From: an uncultured Acidimicrobiales bacterium
Lineage (GTDB): Bacteria; Actinomycetota; Acidimicrobiia; Acidimicrobiales; CADCTF01
Direction of reading: 5' to 3'
Assembly: GCA_902805655.1 (NCBI GenBank)
Contig: CADCTF010000087.1
Location: forward strand, 53,233-117,232
DNA: 64,000 nucleotides
How positions within the stretch are numbered: the stretch's first letter is position 1; every line of letters begins with the position of its first letter. Made by a program: the position numbers and the translations under genes. Of the stretch, positions 9,269 through 17,097 are shown one piece after another. The notes beneath the pieces were generated by a model that saw only the letters and a list, made by a program, of their open reading frames with translations, did not search any database and had not been told where the DNA came from.

Positions 9269-9976
9269 ATCCCCCTCCCGCTGCTCGTCGTGGTCCCTGC
9301 CCTGAACGAGGCCGAGTCGATCCGTGCGGTCGTCGAGGGTGCTCGCTCCGTGCTCGCCGCTCCCGTCGTCGTGGTCGATGACGGCTCCACCGATGCCACC
9401 TCCGACCTGGCGAGGGCCGCAGGCGCCACCGTCCTGCCGTTGCCCTTCAACCTGGGTGTCGGCGGCGCCATCCGCACCGGCATCCACTACGCCGTCGACC
9501 ATGGCTACCGGTGCGTCGTACAGCTCGATGGCGACGGCCAGCACGAGCCCAGCGAGGCCAAGCGGTTGCTCGAGGCACTCGAGCACGAACAGGCGGACAT
9601 GGTGGTCGGGTCCCGCTTCGCGGCCGGCTACGCGGTGTCCTGGCACCGCCGCGTCGCGATGCGGTGGCTCAGCTGGCTGGTGTCGCGCCGGCTCGGTACC
9701 CGGCTGACCGACACCACGAGCGGCTTTCGCGCCATGGGACCCCGCGCCCTCGATCTGTTCGCGCGCGACTACCCGCTCGACTACCTCAGCGACACCGTCG
9801 AGGCGCTGCTCATCGCAGCCGACGCCGGCCTCCGTGTGGTGGAGGTCGACGTGGTCATGCACAACCGCCAGGGCGGTAGGCCCTCGGCGAACCGGTTGTC
9901 GAGCGCGTTCCACCTGACCCGCTTGTTGCTGGTGATCTTCCTGCACAGCCTCCGTCGCCGTTCCGGGCCGGCGTGA
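9269..9976 (+). CDS. GT2 DPM1-like polyprenol-phosphate glycosyltransferase (start uncertain: ATC 9269, CTG 9281 or GTG 9290)
   Basis: VPALNE, VDDGSTD, FNLGVGGA, QLDGDGQH, VGSRF, DTTSGFRA. Confidence 0.85.
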   Translation: MPLPLLVVVPALNEAESIRAVVEGARSVLAAPVVVVDDGSTDATSDLARAAGATVLPLPFNLGVGGAIRTGIHYAVDHGYRCVVQLDGDGQHEPSEAKRLLEALEHEQADMVVGSRFAAGYAVSWHRRVAMRWLSWLVSRRLGTRLTDTTSGFRAMGPRALDLFARDYPLDYLSDTVEALLIAADAGLRVVEVDVVMHNRQGGRPSANRLSSAFHLTRLLLVIFLHSLRRRSGPA

Positions 9977-10368
9977 TGGAGGGGCGCCTCGAGATCGTCA
10001 TCGTCATGCTCACCCTCGTGAGCCTCGCCTTCATCCTCGAGCTCGTGCGGCGTCGTCAGCTCCGGGAGAAGTACGCCCTCCTCTGGCTGGCCGTGGGGGC
10101 CGTCGCCGTCGTCCTGGTGCTGGCGCGGCCGGTGCTCGACCGGCTCTCCTTGTTCCTCGGCATCACCTACGGGCCGACGACGCTGTTCCTCTTCGCCATC
10201 CTGTTCTTGCTGGCCATCGTCGGACACCTCTCGTGGGAGGTGTCCCGCCTGGAGGGGGAGACCCGCCACTTGGCCGAGGAGATCGCGCTGTTGAAGGCAC
10301 GCCCACCGACGAACGAGCCTTCGGAAGACGACGCACCGGGCCGGCCCCACGCCGCTCCCGAGCGCTAG
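9973..10368 (+). CDS. DUF2304 family small membrane protein
   Basis: Three hydrophobic helices, VRRRQLREKYALLW, LGITYG, C-terminal RLEGETRHLAEEIAL; coupled to DPM1-like GT2. Confidence 0.8.
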   Translation: MMEGRLEIVIVMLTLVSLAFILELVRRRQLREKYALLWLAVGAVAVVLVLARPVLDRLSLFLGITYGPTTLFLFAILFLLAIVGHLSWEVSRLEGETRHLAEEIALLKARPPTNEPSEDDAPGRPHAAPER

Positions 10369-10398
10369 CGGAGCTGTCGAAGGCAACCCGGCCGGGCA

Positions 10399-13300
10399 TC
10401 ACAGACGAAGGCCGACCAACCGCAAGAGCTTGCGCACCGCCCGCACGGCTGCGCTTCCGTTCAGCGCTGCGACTCGCCGGCTGAGCAGGTCGCGCTCTGT
10501 CTGGGCCTCGTGCAGCCCCCGCTCCAGCGCGTCTATGAGCCGAGCTCGCTCCTGCAGGAGGACCTCGGCGGCGTCGACTCGCTCACGCCAGCTCTGCTGG
10601 GAGGGTTCTGTGGGTTCCGGCGAGGCCATGGCGCGAGGCAGGGAGCCGCCGAGGTGAGCTGCCTTCCAGGACCACGGTGCCCGCACCACCCGGCCGACGA
10701 GCTGGCCTGAGCCGGCGCTACGGATGCCTGCGGCCAGCATGAGGCTGGCCGCCTGCGCCGCTGACAGGCGAGCAGGATCTGCGAGCAAGGCGCGCAGCGC
10801 GTCCACCACCCGGCCCGGGCGGGCCACCGACACGCCGCAACCATGGGCCTCCACGAGTGGGGCAGCCGGGTCCTCCGCAGTCACGACGAGCGCCGCCCCG
10901 GCCGCGACCGCATCCAGGGCCCACGTGGAGGAACCCAGCCGGGGGCCCGCGGCGATGCCCGTCGGCCGTACGACGATGGCCCCACTGACGAGCGGAGCGT
11001 CCGACGGGTCGGCCGTCGAGGTGCACACGACCTGCACGCCTGCCGCCCTCAGCTGCGGAACCTCGGCCAGCAGCTCCTGCGCCGCTCCGGAGTCGTCGCC
11101 GACACCCCTCAGGTCGAACACGACCACGGGCCGGGTCGAGGCCGGCTCGTCCCCGAGGTTGGGAGCCGGTGCCGTGTAGACCGTGTCGATCAGCCGCCGG
11201 AGCGAGCCGTCCGCTCGCTGCTCCTGCGGGAGCGGACGCCCGATGGCCGCGAGGTGGCCGAGCCAATGATCCCGCTGCGCCTCGCTGCCGACGAGGAAGG
11301 CGTCGCCGCGTCGCAGGACGAGGTGATCGGTCGAACCGGCAAGGGACGCCTCCCTCAGGTCCACCACGAGCGCGGCATCGGCAGTCGCGAGAGCGGGGCA
11401 CTCCCCCAGGGTCCTTGCCGGGACCACCACCACGTCCGCGTCCTCGGCCAGCCGGCGAAGGTGGTCGGCCGTCTCCCAGAGCACCACCTTCACGCCGTCC
11501 GGTGCACGGTCGAGCGGCTCGCGAGCAGCAAGGACGACGCTGCCGTCGATTCCTGCCAGTCGAGCCAGCTCGACGCTGTGCCGAACGCGACCGCCGTCCA
11601 CGACCACCAAGACGGAGGTCCCTCCGTCGGCTCGAGACGGGGAGCGCTCGAAGGCGGCACTGAGGCGCCGGGCGACCGGGTGGGCGCCGCGATCCCCCGT
11701 CGTCCCCGGCCGTCCGAAGCGCTCGAGGACCGTCTCGTCGCTGACCTGCCGGAGCCAGAGGAGCCCGTCCCGGCTGGAGAGCAAGCTGTCGAGGTCGGCG
11801 CCGAGGGCGGCGATGGCGTCGATGGCCTCTGGCGCCGCCCCGTCGCCAGTCCCCTCCTTGGCGAGGTGAGCCAGCGAGAGCACCTCCGCGCTCAACGCAG
11901 CAGCCAGGTTGGCCGGCTCGAGGTTCTTCACCAGCATGCGCAGCAGGTTGCGGGTCCAGTGGGGTGCCGTCAGGTCGTCACGGTGGTCGGCTTGCGCGCG
12001 GTGCACCACGGCGTCGCCGCGGGCGACTCGATACCCGAGGTTCGTGATCCGCCACCCGAAGTCCACGTCGTCGAGGACGCCTCCGAACGCGCCGTCGAAG
12101 CCACCGACGTCCAGGTACAGCCGGCGCTGCACCAACATGGCACCGGCCGGGGCGTAGAGCACCTCGTCGCCGTCCGCCCGGACGGAGCTCAGCACGGGGC
12201 ACCCGAGCAGGGGCTCCAGGTCGGCCGCCACGCACGACGTGCGAGTCGCAGGATCGAACTTGGCCGCGAGGGCTTCGACCAGGTCGGGCCCCACGCGCAG
12301 GGTGGGATCGAGGAGGAGGACGGCCTCTGCGCCCGCTTCGGCCACCCCCCGGTTCAGGCGCAGCACTGGGTCGGTGGACGCCTCCACCACGACCCGCAGA
12401 CCCGGGTGCTCGGCGGTGAGGTGATCGGCCGCCGACTCGGTGCTCACCACGACGACCACCTCGAGCGAGTCGGCCGGGTGCGTCTGGTCCCCCAGCTGTT
12501 CCAACACGGGGCTCACGGCCTGCCAGTCGTCGCCGTCGGCGACGAGCACGACCGCCACCCGGAGCGGCTCGGCCGGTGCGGCACCGAGCTGGCTCAGCGT
12601 CTGGTGAGCCCGGTCGAGCACGAGCTCGAGCGACTCCGCGAGCTCCTCGACGTCACCTCCGCGGTCGCGGGCGGCCCGGACCCAGCTGCGCAGCGCCGAA
12701 CCGGGATCGCTGAGGTCCTGACCGGCGGGCAGCACCGCCACCAGCTCCCAGCCGAGCGCCGTCAGCTCGGCGACCTGATCGGGCACGTCGGCTTGCTCCT
12801 CGACCCACATCGGAGCGACCGGTGCCCCGAGCGGGCGGATGACGACGGCCCTGCGATAGCCCGGCAGGCGGGCGTCGCGGGCTCGCAGCAGCTGGTTGCA
12901 GGCCGTGTCGATCGCCCGGTCGAGGGCGGCCATGCCTCCCGCCACCATGTGCGCCTTCATGAGCATGAGGGTCAACCAGTGGAAGAGCCACCCGTCACCG
13001 TGGACCTGACGCTCCACCCCGAGCCGGTCCAGGAACGTCTCTAGCTCGGCGAGAGGCGGCAACCCGCCCTCGCGGTGCTCGTCGAGTGGGTCGAGGGTGT
13101 GGCCCGTGCGGCTGACGTAGTAGGCGTTCACCATGGCTTCGCAGGCCGCCGTGCGAGGGTCGGCGAACGGAGCCACGAGCACGACCGGACCTGCGGAAAC
13201 TCGCACCAGCTCGGCGACGAACGCCTCTCGGCCGCCTACGGGAAGGTGCTCGTAGACGTCGTGGCTGGCGACGATGTCGAAGCTGGCATCCGGGAAGGGC

Positions 13301-13536
13301 AACGAGAAGCCGGAGCCGATGACATGCGGGTGCATCGCGGGATAGCCCCCGCGGCGGTCGGCGAACAGGTCGAGCGACACGGTGATGTCGTCCGGCAGGA
13401 ACCCGGTCAGGGTGCCGTAGGGGTCGCCCACGTCGAGCACACGCACCGGTGCTTCACCGAACCACTGGTCACGCACCCTGCGGAGGTACGAGTACCGCGC
13501 GAAGCGGTCGAAGCTGGTGCTGATCGGGGCTTCCAC
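10399..13536 (-). CDS. Multidomain methyltransferase / GT2-like / GT-B-like / coiled-coil protein (WsaE-like architecture)
   Basis: N-terminal VLDVG..LPFPDASFDIVASHDVYEH; central GT2-like (GGFDGAFGGVLDDVDFGWR); GT-B remnant (RGDAFLVGSEAQRDHWLG); C-terminal heptads. Confidence 0.75.
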   Translation of the reverse strand: MEAPISTSFDRFARYSYLRRVRDQWFGEAPVRVLDVGDPYGTLTGFLPDDITVSLDLFADRRGGYPAMHPHVIGSGFSLPFPDASFDIVASHDVYEHLPVGGREAFVAELVRVSAGPVVLVAPFADPRTAACEAMVNAYYVSRTGHTLDPLDEHREGGLPPLAELETFLDRLGVERQVHGDGWLFHWLTLMLMKAHMVAGGMAALDRAIDTACNQLLRARDARLPGYRRAVVIRPLGAPVAPMWVEEQADVPDQVAELTALGWELVAVLPAGQDLSDPGSALRSWVRAARDRGGDVEELAESLELVLDRAHQTLSQLGAAPAEPLRVAVVLVADGDDWQAVSPVLEQLGDQTHPADSLEVVVVVSTESAADHLTAEHPGLRVVVEASTDPVLRLNRGVAEAGAEAVLLLDPTLRVGPDLVEALAAKFDPATRTSCVAADLEPLLGCPVLSSVRADGDEVLYAPAGAMLVQRRLYLDVGGFDGAFGGVLDDVDFGWRITNLGYRVARGDAVVHRAQADHRDDLTAPHWTRNLLRMLVKNLEPANLAAALSAEVLSLAHLAKEGTGDGAAPEAIDAIAALGADLDSLLSSRDGLLWLRQVSDETVLERFGRPGTTGDRGAHPVARRLSAAFERSPSRADGGTSVLVVVDGGRVRHSVELARLAGIDGSVVLAAREPLDRAPDGVKVVLWETADHLRRLAEDADVVVVPARTLGECPALATADAALVVDLREASLAGSTDHLVLRRGDAFLVGSEAQRDHWLGHLAAIGRPLPQEQRADGSLRRLIDTVYTAPAPNLGDEPASTRPVVVFDLRGVGDDSGAAQELLAEVPQLRAAGVQVVCTSTADPSDAPLVSGAIVVRPTGIAAGPRLGSSTWALDAVAAGAALVVTAEDPAAPLVEAHGCGVSVARPGRVVDALRALLADPARLSAAQAASLMLAAGIRSAGSGQLVGRVVRAPWSWKAAHLGGSLPRAMASPEPTEPSQQSWRERVDAAEVLLQERARLIDALERGLHEAQTERDLLSRRVAALNGSAAVRAVRKLLRLVGLRL

Positions 13537-13576
13537 GGTCGCAGAGTAACTGCCGCCAGCGCGCTGACTCCCCTGG

Positions 13577-14626
13577 TCAGAGGAGGCGGCGGGCCACTCG
13601 CCAGTACGCAGCCAGGAGGGCGTCGAAGGGCCGGACGACCGGGGGCAGCGGGTAGTTGCCGGGATCCAGGTTCGCCACGAGGCGCCCAGCCAGGCTCCGG
13701 TCCGGCACGGTGCGCTCTTGCTGGAGCTGCCGCCGGCGAGTCGCTACCAGCCTCCGGTTGCGCAGCAGCCATCCCCAGCCGGCCACCTTCTCGCGTCCCC
13801 AGCCGCCGGCGAGCGCCATCGCGAAGGTCGCTCCCTCGGCCAGGAGCAGCGGCAGGAGCAGCACGGCCAGCGTGCGGGCCTGGTACAGGGTCAGCACGAG
13901 GAGGAGCCGGTTCCTCTCCAGGAGGTAGTACTTGCGTGGGTTCCGGCTGAACTCGTACCGGTGACGGACGAGCGCCTCCGGTACGTAGACGACCCGCAGG
14001 CCCCGCTGCCAGCAGCGGATGCTGAGCTCGGTGTCCTCCAGGTACGCGAAGTAGTCGTCGAGGAAGCCGCCGAGTTCGTCCCAGAGGGCACGACGCATCA
14101 CCATGGCCGCACCGCTTGCTCCCACCACCTCCGTCTCGACCAGGTGGTCGGCGACCGGCTCCCTGAAGCCGCCGGACCAACCGAAGCCCAGGAAGTGGAC
14201 GTCGCTGCCGCGGGAGTTCAGCAGGGATGGCTCGTCCGCCAGGGTGACGCACGCCGAAGCCACGCCGATGTCCGGGCGCTGAGCGGCCCGGGCCAGCGCC
14301 GCCATCGCGGTCGGCTGGGCGACGGCATCTCCGTTGAGCAGGGCGATGAGGTCCCCGGTGGCCACTGCCGCCCCCGCGTTGCACCCGCCGGCGAAGCCGA
14401 GGTTGCGCCCGGGACGCAGGACTCGAACGCCCGGCGTGCCGTCCAGGCGGTCGACGGCGCCATCCGTCGATCCGTTGTCGACCAGCACCACCTCCACGTC
14501 GACGCCGATCGAGGCCAGGGCCGAGCGCACCGACGCTTCCAGATCCGGCTCGTCGAGGTACGCCAGGATGACGACGCTCAGCCTCGGCGCCGACGGCTCC
14601 ACGGCGGCGCCGCCGGGACCCGTCAT
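13577..14626 (-). CDS. GT2 glycosyltransferase (rhamnosyltransferase-like)
   Basis: SVVILAY, VDNGSTD, NLGFAGGCN, LLNGDA, YFAYLEDTELSIR. Confidence 0.9.
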   Translation of the reverse strand: MTGPGGAAVEPSAPRLSVVILAYLDEPDLEASVRSALASIGVDVEVVLVDNGSTDGAVDRLDGTPGVRVLRPGRNLGFAGGCNAGAAVATGDLIALLNGDAVAQPTAMAALARAAQRPDIGVASACVTLADEPSLLNSRGSDVHFLGFGWSGGFREPVADHLVETEVVGASGAAMVMRRALWDELGGFLDDYFAYLEDTELSIRCWQRGLRVVYVPEALVRHRYEFSRNPRKYYLLERNRLLLVLTLYQARTLAVLLLPLLLAEGATFAMALAGGWGREKVAGWGWLLRNRRLVATRRRQLQQERTVPDRSLAGRLVANLDPGNYPLPPVVRPFDALLAAYWRVARRLL

Positions 14627-14630
14627 GGGT

Positions 14631-17030
14631 TCAGGACCGGCCGGCGAGGGAGTGCCTCACGCGCGAGGCGAGCTTCGCGGCCAGCTTGGGCACTCCACCC
14701 TCGCGGAGGTGCCGAGCGGCGATGGCGACATCCTCCCGAACCCCTCGGCCGCCCGAGCGCGCTGAGGTGCTCGGCCGAGCGAGCACCTCGGGCGAGAAGC
14801 CGTCATCCGTGCGGCTCCGGTGGTGCGGATCCACCAGGTCCGGGGCCCGTCGAGGGGTGCGGCAGAACTCCACGAGTGGTTGCAGCACGGTTTCCCACAC
14901 GAAGCGCGGTCGCACCACCGCGAGGTTCTTCCGGCACATCGCCGCCAGCTCGGCGTCGTCGAGCATCCGGTAGAGCGCCTGCTCGAGGGCCTCGACGTCG
15001 GCGGCCGGCACCGTGAGCCCGAGGTGCTCCATGTCGATCAGCTCGGCGAAGGAGTCGCCGGTGGTGGCGACGATCGGTAGACCGGCCCACAGGTAGTCGA
15101 GGATGCGGGTTCGGAAGGAGAAGGCCGTCTCGATGTGGTCCTGGTGCGTGCTCACCCCGACGTCCGCCTCCAGCAGGTACCTCTGCCGCTCGGCGTACGG
15201 GACCCAGCCCTCGTTGAAGAACGCATGGGTGCCAGTCAGGCCCAGCTCGTCGGACAGCCGCCGGGCCTCGATCGACATCCGCATCTCGTGCACGAGAGGG
15301 TTCGGGTGCTTCAGGCCGAGGAAGACGAGGCGCACCTGCGGCCGGCGGAGGCGGAGGCGGTCCACCGCCCGGAGCAGGGTGAGCGGGTCGAACCAGTTGT
15401 AGATCCCGCCGCCCCACAGGATGATCTCGTCCCCCTGCTCGATGCCGGGGATGACACCCCGCATGGCGGGCTCGTCGTGCACGGGCGGCGCCTCCGGCAA
15501 CCCGAACGGCACGATGCCGATGAGCGACTCGAGGTTCTCGTCGTCGTCGTAGGTCATGGGGTTGATCCGACCGACGCCCGAGAGCTGCCCGAGCCAGAAG
15601 TCCCGCTGCTTGGGGCTGGCGCAGATGAAGTAGTCGCCCCGTTCCAGCTGTTCGTTGAGCACGTCGGTCGCACCCTGCACGGTCATCCGCCGGGTCGCGG
15701 GGTCCTCCGCCCGGGCCAGCTCCAGCTGTTCCAGGTGCAAGGGGTCGTAGAGGTCGACCACGACCACCTTGCGGGTCCGTTGGAGGAACGGGTGGATGCG
15801 GAGGACGAAGCCCTGCACGACCACGACGTCACACCACGCCTCGAGGCGGCGCAGGGCGGCCTCGTCGACGGACGAGACCTCGAAGTCGGGCGAGGTGAGC
15901 TCGCACAGGTCCGCGGTCGTCGCCACGTGGACGTCGTGCTCGGCCGACAGGGCGGAGGCGATCTGCCACACGCGGATGGCCGGACCAGCCATCCGCTCCG
16001 CCAGCACGTCGACCGTGAGCACGAGCACCCGCCGTCGACGGCCGAACAGGGCGGTCGCACCGAGGGCGGCGGTGACGGCCTGCTCCGCATCCCCCAGCGG
16101 GCCGACGGGCTCGTCCAGCGGGTGGAAGAGTGCCGTCAGCTCGTGATCCCCCCGGAGCCGGGCCGCCTGGAGGGCGGCACGTGCAGGGCCCAGTCGGGGC
16201 AGGGCCGACACGAGGTCGGCGGAGGCCGCGGCCGCCGCCGACCTCGCGCCTGCACCTGCCTCGTCAGCCGATCGCGCCGCCATGGCCATGGCGCCCGCGA
16301 GGGCTACCGCCAGGCGGGCCTCCTCGTAGTGCCGGTAGACGTTCCGCAACGCGTTCCGCTCCTCTAGGAAGCGGCGGCGGTCGGGCTCGACGGCCGGCCC
16401 GCGCACCCTGCTGATCTCGACGTCGACGCCGAGCACACGGTGGCCGAGGAGGTTGCACCGCCAACCCAGGTCGACGTCCTCGCCGAAGCGGTCGAGCTCC
16501 TCGTCGAAGCCGCCCAGCGCACGGAACGCCTCCGATCGCACGACCATGGCCTCGCTGGGCGGGCAGAGGACGGCTCCCTCGGCCACGCCACGCGGCGCAG
16601 CGCGGTGCACCTGGTGGCCCGTGTAGTCAGGTGACGGAAACCGCCGCCCCCGGAAGCGTGGCGAGACGATGGTGACGGCCGGGTCGGCATCGAGCTCGGC
16701 CCCGGAGCGGACCAGCCAGTCGGCAGCCGGACGGGTCGCCACGTCCAGGAAGGCGACGTACTCGCTGGTGGCGCTCCAGGCGCCGCGGTTCCGGCCCGCG
16801 GCGAGGCCCATCCCGGCGAACCCGGCCACCACCTGGACGTCCGAGTGCCCGGCCCAGGCCCGAGGTCCGCGCTCGGACCCGGCATCGACGACGATCGTGC
16901 TCACGGCAGCCCCACCGCGGTCCTGGTGGGCCACAGTGGCAAGGGTCTCTCCGACCACCGGCTCGTCGTCGGTGTGGACGAGCACGACGGTGATCGCGCT
17001 CGAGGCCGACATCCGGGACATGGAGGACAT
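14631..17030 (-). CDS. GT2 + GT4-like fusion glycosyltransferase (start 17012-17048 uncertain)
   Basis: N-half GT2 (GRNRGA, GGFDEELDRFGEDVDLGWR); C-half GT-B (MAGPAIR, DLYDPLHLE, WGGGIYNWFDP, SFRTRILDY). Confidence 0.85.
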   Translation of the reverse strand: MSSMSRMSASSAITVVLVHTDDEPVVGETLATVAHQDRGGAAVSTIVVDAGSERGPRAWAGHSDVQVVAGFAGMGLAAGRNRGAWSATSEYVAFLDVATRPAADWLVRSGAELDADPAVTIVSPRFRGRRFPSPDYTGHQVHRAAPRGVAEGAVLCPPSEAMVVRSEAFRALGGFDEELDRFGEDVDLGWRCNLLGHRVLGVDVEISRVRGPAVEPDRRRFLEERNALRNVYRHYEEARLAVALAGAMAMAARSADEAGAGARSAAAAASADLVSALPRLGPARAALQAARLRGDHELTALFHPLDEPVGPLGDAEQAVTAALGATALFGRRRRVLVLTVDVLAERMAGPAIRVWQIASALSAEHDVHVATTADLCELTSPDFEVSSVDEAALRRLEAWCDVVVVQGFVLRIHPFLQRTRKVVVVDLYDPLHLEQLELARAEDPATRRMTVQGATDVLNEQLERGDYFICASPKQRDFWLGQLSGVGRINPMTYDDDENLESLIGIVPFGLPEAPPVHDEPAMRGVIPGIEQGDEIILWGGGIYNWFDPLTLLRAVDRLRLRRPQVRLVFLGLKHPNPLVHEMRMSIEARRLSDELGLTGTHAFFNEGWVPYAERQRYLLEADVGVSTHQDHIETAFSFRTRILDYLWAGLPIVATTGDSFAELIDMEHLGLTVPAADVEALEQALYRMLDDAELAAMCRKNLAVVRPRFVWETVLQPLVEFCRTPRRAPDLVDPHHRSRTDDGFSPEVLARPSTSARSGGRGVREDVAIAARHLREGGVPKLAAKLASRVRHSLAGRS

Positions 17031-17097
17031 AGGCCGACATGATGCCACCGGCCCCCGGCGGCGCCGACCACCCGCGCCGCTACCATCTCGACCCGCG

